From: Candidatus Latescibacterota bacterium
Lineage (GTDB): Bacteria > Latescibacterota > UBA2968 > GCA-2709665
Assembly (NCBI GenBank): GCA_965219995.1
Contig: CBDCOX010000002.1
Span: 4,768,001-4,832,000 of the forward strand
DNA: 64,000 bases
Direction of reading: 5' to 3'
Part shown: positions 1-10,214 of the stretch, one piece after another
Layout of the letters: every line of letters starts with the position of its first letter
Numbering within the stretch: position 1 is the first letter of the stretch
Program-made: the position numbers and the translations under genes
Notes under the pieces: generated by a model
What the model was told of the DNA's origin: nothing
Databases searched by the model: none
Seen by the model: the letters and a program-made list of their open reading frames with translations, nothing else

Positions 1-144
1 CGTGACGGGTTTGCCCGTGGCATCGCTTCCGCCGGCGTCCACCGTGGTGGTTGTGACGGTGTCGCCGCTTGCGACGTGCAGCACCGGGTCGTGCGCGCCG
101 ATGGCGGTGTGATAGGTTTCAGGGACGAAGTGGTGGTGAGCCAT
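1..144 (-). CDS. Acetamidase/formamidase family protein, N-terminal part (runs off the window start)
   Basis: Not in the ORF track. Manual translation from the ATG at 144 gives MAHHHFVPETYHTAIGAHDPVLHVASGDTVTTTTVDAGG, which matches the 'H.PVL.v.sGD.v...t.Da' start of this family. AGAGGAG RBS upstream. Confidence 0.7.
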   Translation of the reverse strand, partial: MAHHHFVPETYHTAIGAHDPVLHVASGDTVTTTTVDAGGSDATGKPVT

Positions 145-227
145 GTGTACTCCTCTAAAGAAAGTGCGGGTCAGGCGATCGGCGGTTCCTGGAACCCGCC
201 GGCGGGCGCCCGGTTTCGGTGGTTTCG

Positions 228-1148
228 TTACTGGGGTACCGCGATCATGCGGATGTTCGAGGGTGCTTTCCACGCGGACGCCCAGGTCTGGCCATGGTCC
301 CCGCTCCCGTAAAGAGTGTCGTCCACGACCGACCACGCCTGGCCGTCCGGCGTGAAGCCGACGTGGAAGGTATCGATATTGCCCGCCGTGGTCTCGGGGA
401 ACCCATTGGTGACGTGCGACCATTCGCGGCCCGCGTTCTCGGTCCGGTAGAGTTGGCCCTGGGCGTCTCCGCGGGGCCCCGTGCTGACCGATGCCAGAAG
501 GCATTCCGGTTCTTCAGGGTGCACGGCGATGGCCCGGCCGTAGAAATAGGGAAAGCCGTCGGGGCGGTGCTGCCAGGACCTCCCGCGGTCGTCGCTGAGA
601 TAGACGGCCCGGGCCGTGTTCGCGTAGACCCGGTCGGCTTCCACGGGCGACGTGGCGACCTGATGCACGTCCGGGTGCAGGTCCGGCGTGACGGGTTCCC
701 AGGTGCGGCCCCGGTCGGGCGAACGCATGATGCTGCCCACGTGAATGTCTGCGTAGACCCAGCCGTCCCGGGTGGAGGCCATGCTCCGGACGGCCGCGGG
801 GCCGCCCCAGGGCGTGTACCAGTCATCGCGGCACTCGAGCGCGTCGAAAGCGTCCAAACGTTCGGCACCGGCTTCCGTCACGGCGTAAACGTGGGGCGCC
901 TCCACGCCCACGAGGAAGCGCAGCGGTTCTTCCTCGAGGATGAGAACGCATTCTACAGGCTCTTCGATACCGGTTGCCAGGGTCCGCGTGCCGTTCTGCG
1001 ACAGGACGGCGACTTCTCCGTCTTGCAACGCGGCGAGGCCTGTGGACCGGCCTTCCGCGATGGCCTGGACGCCGCCGTCGATAACGGGTTGCGGTGCGGT
1101 CTCCCCGCCATTCAGGGTATACAGGGTGTCACGGGTGGCGATTAACAT
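228..1148 (-). CDS. BNR/Asp-box repeat beta-propeller protein (WD40/YVTN/BNR-like)
   Basis: Repeated S-x-D-x-G-x-T/S-W motifs (SPDRGRTW, SDDRGRSW, TENAGREW, SGDHGQTW). GGAG RBS. Confidence 0.8.
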   Translation of the reverse strand: MLIATRDTLYTLNGGETAPQPVIDGGVQAIAEGRSTGLAALQDGEVAVLSQNGTRTLATGIEEPVECVLILEEEPLRFLVGVEAPHVYAVTEAGAERLDAFDALECRDDWYTPWGGPAAVRSMASTRDGWVYADIHVGSIMRSPDRGRTWEPVTPDLHPDVHQVATSPVEADRVYANTARAVYLSDDRGRSWQHRPDGFPYFYGRAIAVHPEEPECLLASVSTGPRGDAQGQLYRTENAGREWSHVTNGFPETTAGNIDTFHVGFTPDGQAWSVVDDTLYGSGDHGQTWASAWKAPSNIRMIAVPQ

Positions 1149-1229
1149 ACCGGCTCCTTTCGCACAGGATGTTGTCCCGCGGGATGCGGTTCCCGATGGC
1201 GTCTCTCAGACCCGGTCGAGCGCGGCCCC

Positions 1230-2294
1230 TCAAAAGTAGCGGACATCGCGGCCCCCGTCCGGCAACGGCAGGTCGACCGCGCGGTGTTCGTCCGCGGCCC
1301 GATTCCAGGCCAGGCAGAGTTCCAGTACGTTGCGCGCGTGTTCCGGGGTCACGTCGAGCGGATGACTGTCGCGGACGGAGTGGACGAAGCGTTCGACCGC
1401 GGCGTCGATGGTATCGTTCTGAGCGCGGTAGAACACGCGGGGAGCGCCCCCGTCGTCTTTGTGCCAGACGATGCCTTCCATGACATCCAGATGCGCGCGG
1501 GCGATACCGTCGGCGCCGACCACTTCCATTTCCCAGGCCGGTGCGCCGCAGGAGACGTTGAAGATGATGTCCATGGATCCCATACGCCCGTCTTCGAACC
1601 GGACGGTGCCCTTGCCGGTATCCATCCAGATGCTGTGCGGCGTGGCCAGGTTGTCGTATTCGGCATAGGCGCGCACGGCGGGTGAATCGATGAGCCAGAG
1701 CAGCAGGTCCGCGGCGTAGACGCCCAGGGAAAGCCCGATGCCGCCCTGTCCGGGGCCGAATTCGCCGCTGCCTTCGAAGACCGTTCCCGGCCCGAAGCAG
1801 CCGTGCTGAATCCATGCCCTCGACGTGATGACGCGTCCGACGGCCCCGTCCCGCACCCGGGTCGCCATCGCGCGGATGGCGCCGTCTTCCCGTCCGGGCA
1901 GCAGGGCGGACAGCAGCACGTCGTTTCGGCGGGCCGCGGCGATCATGGCGTCCGCGCCCTCGAGGGTCATGCACATCGGCTTGCTGATAAAGGCGTGCGC
2001 GCCCGCGTCCATTGCCTCGGCCGCCTGTTGCGGCTTCAGCCTGTCCCGGCACGTCACGAACACGAGGTCGAGCGACTCGGCGCGGACCATCTCCGGCACC
2101 GTGGCATAGCCCCGGACGCCGTATTGGGCGCCGAACGCCTCTCTCGATTTCATACCGAGTCTGCCGAGGGTTTCGTCGCTCTGGTCCAGATGCGCGTACG
2201 CCGCCAGGTCGATGTCCGGGTTACGCATCGCGGATCGGGCAAACGCGTTCGAATAGTAGGATCCGATGCCGCACACGCCCGCTCTCAGCGCCAT
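1230..2294 (-). CDS. Gfo/Idh/MocA family oxidoreductase
   Basis: N-terminal Rossmann GVCGIG; SKPM variant of the EKP motif; typical C-terminal 'ARNVLELCLA'. Start moved to ATG 2294 (GGGGAG RBS); the track starts at 2345. Confidence 0.8.
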   Translation of the reverse strand: MALRAGVCGIGSYYSNAFARSAMRNPDIDLAAYAHLDQSDETLGRLGMKSREAFGAQYGVRGYATVPEMVRAESLDLVFVTCRDRLKPQQAAEAMDAGAHAFISKPMCMTLEGADAMIAAARRNDVLLSALLPGREDGAIRAMATRVRDGAVGRVITSRAWIQHGCFGPGTVFEGSGEFGPGQGGIGLSLGVYAADLLLWLIDSPAVRAYAEYDNLATPHSIWMDTGKGTVRFEDGRMGSMDIIFNVSCGAPAWEMEVVGADGIARAHLDVMEGIVWHKDDGGAPRVFYRAQNDTIDAAVERFVHSVRDSHPLDVTPEHARNVLELCLAWNRAADEHRAVDLPLPDGGRDVRYF

Positions 2295-2544
2295 GGTTTC
2301 GTTCTCCCCGTTCCCGATGACGAACGGCGTCGACTCGCGGATCAACCCGCCGGTCTTCCCGTCCCTCGCCGCGCGTACTCACTCGCCGTTCGCGCGGGTA
2401 TTCATGTCAAAATCAGCGGCATTGTCAAGCGCAATCGTTCACGTATGCGGGCTGGCGCGGGTGCGTGGCGCTCCCGGACGGAAAGGAGCCCTGGTGCCGG
2501 GAAATGCCGGACTCGCAATCAGAAAACACGTGACAGGAGGCTGA

Positions 2545-3987
2545 ATGAACCAGGGTAAAACCGGGATTCGGCTGGAGACGGCGGACGAGGCGCGGCTGCG
2601 CGCGCACCATTCGCCGGCCGTCAGGGACACCGGCGAACAACTGTGCGGGATCCGGGAGCTTTTTTCAAAAGAGGCGTCCCTGTCCACGGATTCCCTTGCG
2701 CGGTACGGGCGCGCATGGACGCGCAGCCACCTGCAGGACGGGGACGTCAGACGCGCGGTGGACCTCGCCGACCGCGCGCGGGACGACTTCGACGCGCTGG
2801 TCACGGTGGGCGTTGGAGGGTCCGACCTGAGCGCGCGGGTCTTCCACGACGTACTCAATCCCGCGTACCACAATCTCCTGACCCCAGATGAACGGGGCGG
2901 CGCGCCGGAAGTCTACTTCGCCGGTGATACCTTCGATCCGAGGCGGCTGAGGGCTCTGCTGGGGATGCTGGACCGGCGCGGGGTACTGGAACGCACCCTC
3001 TTCAACGTGATCAGCAAATCCGGGCGCACGGGCGAGACTGTCAGCGCGTTGATGGTGGTGCGGGAATGGCTGTTGCGGCGCGCCCACGGGAACAGGAAAG
3101 ATAGGCGTAGCTACATTGTGGCTACAACGGGGTCGGACGCAGGCAGCGCCCTGTATGCAATGCACGGGCAACGTCCGTTCTACGGCGACACGCCGCTGCC
3201 CGTACCCGAGGGCGTGGGAGGCAGGTTTTCGGCATTTTCGCCCGTGGGTACGTTCTTCCTGGCGATGACAACCGGAAAGCGGACGACACCCGGTTCTCGC
3301 GTCAGGGCCCTGCTCGGCGGGGTTGCCTGGGCCGACGCGCGCTGGGGCCTGCCCCGCAAGGACGAGCGCAACATCGCCTACCGCCTCGCCCGGTGGCTGC
3401 ATCTCCACGAACGGTACGGGGGGAAGCGGGCGCTGGTGTTCTACAACTACGCGGACAACCGGTGTCTCGGAACCTGGTTCCAGCAGCTGTACGACGAATC
3501 GCTGCAGGAACGGGGCGGCGGCCTCCACGTCGTCCCCGTCGTCGGACCGTCGGGCAACCACTCCGTTCTGAACGGGATCGTTGGCGGCCGTGCGGACCGG
3601 GCGGTTCTCTTCGTACACTGGGAGGACCTGGGGCGGGACCTGCAAATCCCGGATGGAGCGGAAATCAGGGGCGAGACGGCGTCGTTCGGCGGGCTGCGTA
3701 TGAGCGAGGCGCAGTCGATTTCTTACCTTGGCACGCGCAGGGACTTTTCCGCGCGCGGGATTCCAATCGCGACGCTGCACGTTGCACGGCGGGACGAGAG
3801 ACACCTTGGCGCCCTGATGCGCGTATTGATGGATACCGTCGCGGTGAAGGGACGCCTGCAGGGCCTGCACGTCAACGACGCGGGCGAGGTGGATCCCGCC
3901 GCCGATCTCACGTATTCGCAGGCCGGCGTGGAAGGATATAAACAGCGAACGCACGAGCTGGTGCATCAGATGAAATCCCGGCGCTGA
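2545..3987 (+). CDS. pgi: Glucose-6-phosphate isomerase-like protein (divergent)
   Basis: Motifs [42 protein letters not shown] and [17 protein letters not shown]. Confidence 0.75.
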   Translation: MNQGKTGIRLETADEARLRAHHSPAVRDTGEQLCGIRELFSKEASLSTDSLARYGRAWTRSHLQDGDVRRAVDLADRARDDFDALVTVGVGGSDLSARVFHDVLNPAYHNLLTPDERGGAPEVYFAGDTFDPRRLRALLGMLDRRGVLERTLFNVISKSGRTGETVSALMVVREWLLRRAHGNRKDRRSYIVATTGSDAGSALYAMHGQRPFYGDTPLPVPEGVGGRFSAFSPVGTFFLAMTTGKRTTPGSRVRALLGGVAWADARWGLPRKDERNIAYRLARWLHLHERYGGKRALVFYNYADNRCLGTWFQQLYDESLQERGGGLHVVPVVGPSGNHSVLNGIVGGRADRAVLFVHWEDLGRDLQIPDGAEIRGETASFGGLRMSEAQSISYLGTRRDFSARGIPIATLHVARRDERHLGALMRVLMDTVAVKGRLQGLHVNDAGEVDPAADLTYSQAGVEGYKQRTHELVHQMKSRR

Positions 3988-4115
3988 CGCATCGCCGCGG
4001 ACAGCAGGAGGATTGCCGGAAAGGCGGGGCCGGGCTTCCTGTTGTGCCGCCATTTTGTTCTGATTATCTTGGCCGCTGGCGCGGTTTATCCGAAAGAGAG
4101 AAAGGGAGCGGATCG

Positions 4116-6308
4116 ATGGCTGTTGAGATTGGCGGCTTGCGGGTAAGCGAGATCCTTTACGATCTGGTCGGCGATGAGATCGCCCCCGGCACGGATGTGG
4201 CCCCGGATGCCTTCTGGACGGCGCTGGGAGAGATCGTCCGGGATCTGGGCCCGGGGAATCGGGCGCTGCTGCAAACGCGGGACTGCATTCAGGAGAAGAT
4301 GGACCGGTGGTACCGGGAGAGGAAGGCCCAGCCCATCGACCGGGAGGGGTACCGGGCATTTCTGGCCGACATCGGCTACCTGGTGCCGGAGGGCGACCAT
4401 TTCGAGCTGACCACGGCGCGCGTGGATTCCGAAATCGCAAATGTTGCCGGCCCCCAGCTGGTGGTGCCGGTGGACAATGCGCGTTACGCGCTGAACGCGG
4501 CGAATGCGCGTTGGGGCAGTCTTTACGACGCCCTGTACGGAACAGACGTGATTCCGGAGGAGCCCGGCGCCGAAAAAGGCGACTCCTACAACCCGGTCCG
4601 GGGAGCACGGGTGATCGAAGCGGCGGAAGCGTTTCTGGATGACGTGGCGGGTCTGGCATCCGGTCGATGGTCGGAGGCGACGCGTTTTGCCCTGGAAGAC
4701 GCGGACGGGACCCGACGGCTCGTTGTCGCGCTTCGGAGCGGTGCGGAGGTCGGCCTCGCTAACCCCGAACAGTTCGCCGGGTACCGGAAGGATGAGGGCG
4801 AACTCTCGAGCGTGCTGCTGGTGAACAACGGTCTTCACGTAGAGATCCGGATCGACCGGAACCATCCGGTTGGCGCCGCGCATCCCGCCGGCGTCAGGGA
4901 CGTCCTGCTGGAGGCTGCGGTGACGACGATCCAGGACTGCGAGGACTCGGTTTCGGCCGTGGATGCGGAGGACAAGGCGCGTGTATACGCCAACTGGAAC
5001 GGAATCATGAAGGGAACGCTGGTGACGACCTTTGACAAGGGCGGTCGGCCGATGACGCGGCGGCTGAATCCGGACCGGGAGTTTACGGCTCCGGACGGCG
5101 GGGCCTTCGCCCTGCCGGGACGGAGCCTCCTGCTGGTGCGGAACGTCGGCATCCACATGTACACCGATAGCGTGACGACCGGCGACGGCGAGGAGATTCC
5201 CGAGGGGTTTCTGGACGCGATGGTGACCGCGCTTGCGGCCAAACACGATTTGAAGCGGGAGGGCGGATTCGTAAACAGCCGCGCGGGCAGCATCTACATC
5301 GTGAAACCCAAACTGCACGGACCGGATGAGGTCGCGGCCACGATCCAACTGTTCGAGCGCGTGGAAGCGGCGCTGGGACTGGAGCGCAATACGCTCAAGG
5401 TCGGCATTATGGATGAAGAGCGAAGGACCACGGTAAACCTGAAAGCGGCGATTCGTGAGGCGCGGGACCGGGTGGTGTTTATCAATACAGGATTCCTGGA
5501 CCGGACTGGCGACGAGATCCATACGAGCATGGCAGCCGGTCCGATGCATCCGAAGGCGGACATCAGGGCGCAACCGTGGCTTGCGGCGTACGAGGACTGG
5601 AACGTGGACGTGGGTGTGGAGACCGGCTTCAGCGGCAGGGGGCAAATCGGGAAAGGGATGTGGACGATGCCGGATGAAATGCGGGAGATGGTGGAGACCA
5701 AGGTTGGACATCCGGAAGCGGGCGCGAGCACGGCGTGGGTGCCGTCCCCCACGGCGGCGGTTCTTCATGCCATGCACTATCATCGGGTGGACGTCTCGGC
5801 CAGGCAGGCGGAGCTTGCCCGGCGGGGGCGGGCGAACCTGGACGATATCCTCACGCCGCCGCTGCTGGACCGCGAACTGACGGGGGACGAGATCCAGCGG
5901 GAGCTGGACAACAACGCCCAGGGCATCCTGGGCTACGTCGTGCGGTGGGTGGACCAGGGCGTGGGATGCTCGAAGGTTCCGGACATCAACGACGTGGGCC
6001 TGATGGAGGACCGGGCGACGCTGCGCATTTCCAGCCAGCACATCGCCAACTGGCTGCACCACGGGATCGTGAGCGAAGCGCAGGTGCGGGCGACTTTTGA
6101 GAAAATGGCGGCCCTGGTCGACGAGCAGAACAGCGGGGATCCGGACTATCGGAACATGGCGCCGGACTTCGATCGAAACGTCGCGTTTCAGGCCGCGCTG
6201 GACCTGGTGTTCGAGGGTACGGCGGAGCCGAACGGCTATACGGAACGGGTGCTGCACCAGCGGCGGCGTCAGGTGAAAGAGCGGGGAGACGCTGGACGTG
6301 AGACTTGA
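4116..6308 (+). CDS. glcB: Malate synthase G
   Basis: [73 protein letters not shown]. Start set at ATG 4116 after GGGAG. Confidence 0.97.
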   Translation: MAVEIGGLRVSEILYDLVGDEIAPGTDVAPDAFWTALGEIVRDLGPGNRALLQTRDCIQEKMDRWYRERKAQPIDREGYRAFLADIGYLVPEGDHFELTTARVDSEIANVAGPQLVVPVDNARYALNAANARWGSLYDALYGTDVIPEEPGAEKGDSYNPVRGARVIEAAEAFLDDVAGLASGRWSEATRFALEDADGTRRLVVALRSGAEVGLANPEQFAGYRKDEGELSSVLLVNNGLHVEIRIDRNHPVGAAHPAGVRDVLLEAAVTTIQDCEDSVSAVDAEDKARVYANWNGIMKGTLVTTFDKGGRPMTRRLNPDREFTAPDGGAFALPGRSLLLVRNVGIHMYTDSVTTGDGEEIPEGFLDAMVTALAAKHDLKREGGFVNSRAGSIYIVKPKLHGPDEVAATIQLFERVEAALGLERNTLKVGIMDEERRTTVNLKAAIREARDRVVFINTGFLDRTGDEIHTSMAAGPMHPKADIRAQPWLAAYEDWNVDVGVETGFSGRGQIGKGMWTMPDEMREMVETKVGHPEAGASTAWVPSPTAAVLHAMHYHRVDVSARQAELARRGRANLDDILTPPLLDRELTGDEIQRELDNNAQGILGYVVRWVDQGVGCSKVPDINDVGLMEDRATLRISSQHIANWLHHGIVSEAQVRATFEKMAALVDEQNSGDPDYRNMAPDFDRNVAFQAALDLVFEGTAEPNGYTERVLHQRRRQVKERGDAGRET

Positions 6309-6321
6309 GACGGGTTGTTCA

Positions 6322-6349
6322 TTGACTTTTCTCGCATGACGTGTAACTT
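6322..6349 (+). promoter_or_regulatory. Candidate sigma70 promoter for the molybdoenzyme operon
   Basis: TTGACT-16 nt-TAACTT about 50 bp upstream of ATG 6400. Confidence 0.4.
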
Positions 6350-6399
6350 AGGTACCGCTTCTTTCGGTGTGCAATTGTCCGAATTCAGGAGGGCGGGAT

Positions 6400-8592
6400 A
6401 TGCAGGCCCAGGGCGAATTGAAATCCGTCGGGCAGCGGGTGGCCAGGCTGAACGGACCGGATATCGTGACGGGGCGGATTCAGTATGCCGACGACGTCCA
6501 GCTTCCAGGCATGCTTTATGGCCGCATCCTCCGCAGCCCGCACGGTCACGCGCGTATCCGGAAAATCGATACGTCCAAAGCCAGAGCGCTGCCCGGGGTG
6601 GTGGACGTGGTGTGCGGCCCGGACGTGCCGGAACTGTCGATATTCGAATCCAAAGAGGTCTGCTACCAGGGGCAGAAGGTGGCGGCCGTTGCGGCCGTGG
6701 ATCCGGATATCGCGGACGACGCCCTTGCGTTGATCGAGGTGGACTACGAAGTGTTGCCCGCGGTTGTGGACCCCGTACACGCCATGGATCCCGACGCTCC
6801 GGAGGCCGTCCTGGGCGCGCCGACCAAGGATGTAAGGGATCCGGACGGCCGAAGACTGCGGAACGTGACCGCCTTTAACGTACTGGAAGAGGGAGACGTC
6901 GAGCGGGGATTTGCGGATGCGGACGCCGTCTTCGAGGCGGAATACCAGGTGCCCTTTTTCAACCAGACCTACATGGAGCCGAACGCGGCCACGGCGCGCG
7001 TGGAGGCGGACGGAAGGCTGACGGTATGGGCCGCCGGACAGGGCACCTTCACGAAGCGCGAGGGCCTCGCAGAGGCGCTGAACATCCCCGAGGGACGAAT
7101 CCGCGTCATCATGACCGAGACCGGCGGCAGCTTCGGCGGCAAGAACCGGATCAATATCGAGGCGCATACGGCGCTGCTGGCCATGCGCACCGGTCGCGCG
7201 GTGAAGGTCACGATCAATCGCGGGGAAGACTTCCGGGACAGTCGACCGGGGCCCGGGTGCTGGGTGCGCCTGAAGACGGGCGCCCGCAAGGACGGGACGC
7301 TGACCGCCGTTGAAGGACGAATCGTCTGGGACGGTGGCGTCCTGGGCAGCGGCGGGGCCGCGAACCGGTTGCTGGGACCCTACAGGATTCCCAACGTCAG
7401 GCTGGAGGGGATGGCCGTCCGGACCAACAAACCCGGGCCGGGCGCGTACCGGGCCCCCGGAGGGCCGCAGACGGCGCTGGCGAGGGAGTCCAATCTGGAT
7501 ATGCTGGCAGAAAAGCTTGGGATCGATCCGGTGGAGATCCGCTTGAAGAACGGGCTGGGCAAGGGAGACAATCCGTTGATGCAGCACGACTGGCTTAAAG
7601 ACACCATCCGGAAGGCCGCGGAGACCGCGAAATGGGGACGGCGCGACCTGAAGCCCAACCAGGGCATGGGAATCGCGGTTGGGGACTGGCACAACGCGGC
7701 GGGCCCAACCAATGCGCTCGTGACGATGTCGGCGGACGGGTCGGTGGCGCTGGTGACCGGTCAGGTGGACATCACGGGTCTGCATACGGTGATGGCGCAG
7801 GTGGCGGCCGAGGAACTGGGCGTGCCCGTCGAAAAGGTAACGGTGCGTCTCGGAGACACGGATACAGTGCCCTACGCGTCATTGAGCGCGGGAAGCAAGG
7901 CAGCGTATTCGGCCGGAACGGCGGCGAGGGAGGCGGCCCGGGAGGCACGTGATCAGTTGTTGCGCCTGGCCTCCGAAAAACTGGAGGCCGCCGTCGACGA
8001 CCTGGTCATCGCAAACGAGCGGGTGCAAATCGTCGGCTCGCCCGACCATGCCATCGGCCTGGGCGAATTGGCCGCCGAAGCGATCGAGTCAAGCGGCGCC
8101 GTCAATGGCCGGTGCGTGCTGAGCAGTGTTCCCACCTATCCCTCGTATTCGGTAAACGTCGCCACCGTGGAGGTGGACCCCGGCACCGGACAGGTCCGGC
8201 TGATCGACCTGGTTGCGGGTCAGGACGTGGGCAGGGCGCTCAACCCTCTGCTGGTGGAGGGTCAGATACAGGGCGGCGCCATCCAGTCCATCGGATTCGG
8301 CCTGATGGAGGGATACCGTTATGACGAGACGGGCCGGATGCTGAATCCCAATCTCCTGGACTACGCCATCCCGACGGCGCTGGACGTGCCCAACATTCAA
8401 ACGGTTATGGTCGAAGACCCGTGTGAGCACGGGCCCTACGGCGGCAAGGGCGTAGGGGAGCCACCCATTATTCCGGGAGGCGCAGCGGTGGCCAACGCGA
8501 TCTTCGACGCTGTGGGCGCGAGGGTCCGGGAACTCCCCATGACGCCTGAGCGGGTGGTGGCGGCGTTGCAGGAAGCCAACAACGGACGGTAA
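6400..8592 (+). CDS. Xanthine dehydrogenase/aldehyde oxidoreductase family, molybdopterin-binding large subunit
   Basis: ILRSPHGHA, MEPNAA, GGSFGGK, AYRAPG, VEGQIQGG and GKGVGEPPI motifs. Start at ATG 6400 after AGGAGG. Confidence 0.92.
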   Translation: MQAQGELKSVGQRVARLNGPDIVTGRIQYADDVQLPGMLYGRILRSPHGHARIRKIDTSKARALPGVVDVVCGPDVPELSIFESKEVCYQGQKVAAVAAVDPDIADDALALIEVDYEVLPAVVDPVHAMDPDAPEAVLGAPTKDVRDPDGRRLRNVTAFNVLEEGDVERGFADADAVFEAEYQVPFFNQTYMEPNAATARVEADGRLTVWAAGQGTFTKREGLAEALNIPEGRIRVIMTETGGSFGGKNRINIEAHTALLAMRTGRAVKVTINRGEDFRDSRPGPGCWVRLKTGARKDGTLTAVEGRIVWDGGVLGSGGAANRLLGPYRIPNVRLEGMAVRTNKPGPGAYRAPGGPQTALARESNLDMLAEKLGIDPVEIRLKNGLGKGDNPLMQHDWLKDTIRKAAETAKWGRRDLKPNQGMGIAVGDWHNAAGPTNALVTMSADGSVALVTGQVDITGLHTVMAQVAAEELGVPVEKVTVRLGDTDTVPYASLSAGSKAAYSAGTAAREAAREARDQLLRLASEKLEAAVDDLVIANERVQIVGSPDHAIGLGELAAEAIESSGAVNGRCVLSSVPTYPSYSVNVATVEVDPGTGQVRLIDLVAGQDVGRALNPLLVEGQIQGGAIQSIGFGLMEGYRYDETGRMLNPNLLDYAIPTALDVPNIQTVMVEDPCEHGPYGGKGVGEPPIIPGGAAVANAIFDAVGARVRELPMTPERVVAALQEANNGR

Positions 8593-8607
8593 GAGGAGGT
8601 CGAAGAA

Positions 8608-9504
8608 TTGAATCGTTTCGAATATTTCGCTCCCGCGACCGTGCGGGAGGCCGTTGAGGTACTGAACGACCGCCCGGGTGCGAAGTTGCTGGCCGGGGGC
8701 ACGGACCTGCTGGTGCAGATGAAGGAACGGATGCGGACCCCCGATACACTGGTGGATATCCGGCGGATTCCCGGCGCTGACGAACTCCGCTTCGACAGAA
8801 AATCCGGACTCACGATCGGGGCGGCCGTGACCATGCGTCAGGTGGAGCTTATGCCTGCTGCACAATCACATTACGCGGGACTTGCCGAAGGCGCCCGTGT
8901 GGTGGGTTCTTTCCAGATCCGTAACCTCGCGACCATCGTCGGCAATATCTGCAATGCGGCGCCTTCCGCGGATACGGCGCCGGGATTGATCGTGCACGGC
9001 GCGAAGGTGAAGGTCGCCGGTCCGACGGGACGGCGCGCAATGCTCGTGGAGAATTTCATGACGGGTCCCGGCCGGACCACGCTCCGGGACGGAGAATTCG
9101 TGGTTGGCCTCCACGTACCGGTTCCATCTGCGCGGACCGGGTCGGCCTTTATGCGGCACACGCCCAGAGGCGCAATGGATATCGCGATGGTGGGTGTGGG
9201 CGCGGCCGTGACGCTGGCGCCGGGAACCCGCGCCTGCCAGGACGTCCGCATCGTGCTGGGCGCCGTGGCGCCCACGCCCCTGCGGGCGAGGGCGGCCGAG
9301 CGGTTGCTGAAAGGACAGCGGCCGACCGGTGAGTTGATCGCGAGGGCGGCGGAAACGGCGGCTGAAGAGGCCCGCCCGATCAGCGACGTTCGAGGTTCGG
9401 CGGAATTCAGACGCGAGATGGTGCGGGTGCTGACGGGTCGGATGGTTAGTGCGGCGTTCGATAACGCGCAGGAACGATCGGGCAACAAAAGGAGGGCGGC
9501 GTGA
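8608..9504 (+). CDS. FAD-binding medium subunit (CoxM/CutM-like)
   Basis: AGGTDL, QIRNLATIVGN, PISDVRGSAEFR; follows the large subunit. Confidence 0.92.
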   Translation: MNRFEYFAPATVREAVEVLNDRPGAKLLAGGTDLLVQMKERMRTPDTLVDIRRIPGADELRFDRKSGLTIGAAVTMRQVELMPAAQSHYAGLAEGARVVGSFQIRNLATIVGNICNAAPSADTAPGLIVHGAKVKVAGPTGRRAMLVENFMTGPGRTTLRDGEFVVGLHVPVPSARTGSAFMRHTPRGAMDIAMVGVGAAVTLAPGTRACQDVRIVLGAVAPTPLRARAAERLLKGQRPTGELIARAAETAAEEARPISDVRGSAEFRREMVRVLTGRMVSAAFDNAQERSGNKRRAA

Positions 9505-9998
9505 ACCACGAGATCCAATTGAACGTCAACGGCACTGTCTACGACCTCTCTTTAGAGCCGCGTAAGACGCTGCTGGCCGTTTTGAGGGACCGCCTTGGGC
9601 TGACCGGCACCAAGGAGGGTTGCTCCACCGGCGACTGCGGCGCCTGTACGGTTCTGATCGACGGTGAGCCCGTCACGTCCTGCCTGGTACTCGCCGTTGC
9701 CGCCGCCGGTCGGGAAATTACGAGCGTGGAGGGTGTCGCGGACAGGGCCTCGTTGCATCCGGTCCAGGAGGCCATGGTAAGTTCAGGCGGGCTGCAGTGC
9801 GGCTTCTGCACGCCAGGATTTATTGTCTCATCCTATGGGCTTCTGCAGAAAAATCCCTCGCCGTCCGAGGACGAAATCCGGCGGGCCCTCGCAGGCAATC
9901 TCTGCCGGTGTACCGGATATACGAAAATTGTGGAGGCGGTGCAGGAGGCCGCAAAGCGAATGGCCGGTAAAAAGGAACGGAAACGGGCAGCCGCGTAG
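9501..9998 (+). CDS. 2Fe-2S small subunit (CoxS/CutS-like)
   Basis: GTKEGCSTGDCGACTV, QCGFCTPG, GNLCRCTGY; 4-bp overlap with the FAD subunit gene. Confidence 0.95.
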   Translation: MNHEIQLNVNGTVYDLSLEPRKTLLAVLRDRLGLTGTKEGCSTGDCGACTVLIDGEPVTSCLVLAVAAAGREITSVEGVADRASLHPVQEAMVSSGGLQCGFCTPGFIVSSYGLLQKNPSPSEDEIRRALAGNLCRCTGYTKIVEAVQEAAKRMAGKKERKRAAA

Positions 9999-10214
9999 GT
10001 TGTTGGACTGATCGGGTGAAATCGGTATCTTCGAAAACGCCGTGTCGCATGACGCGGCGTTGTTCGGTATCAGGCGTAGAACCGGGGGTACGCCGCCGGG
10101 AAGGACCGGGTTCACGACGCGTTGAAAATCTGTTTTGTAAGGTCCAGCCAATAGGCGCATAGGAATCATCGCCGCGTCCTGTCGGCATGATGAAACAGGA
10201 GGAATGAAACAGCC

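Noticed and set aside
4086-6257. 723-aa antisense ORF opposite glcB, and similar long shadow ORFs (2665-4659, 9828-11495, 30809-32389, 43309-44604, 48358-49953, 50376-51848)
   Set aside because: They overlap well-supported genes on the opposite strand, have no motifs, and are expected from GC-rich codon bias.
6400-9998. Aerobic CO dehydrogenase (coxLMS)
   Set aside because: The active-site loop is AYRAPG, not AYxCSFR or AYxGAGR, and no cox accessory genes are present.
9999-10155. Possible MITE between the 2Fe-2S subunit gene and the next gene (TAG...TTGGAC / GTCCAG...TAG)
   Set aside because: Terminal complementarity is too weak and there is no second copy; only an internal hairpin is clear.
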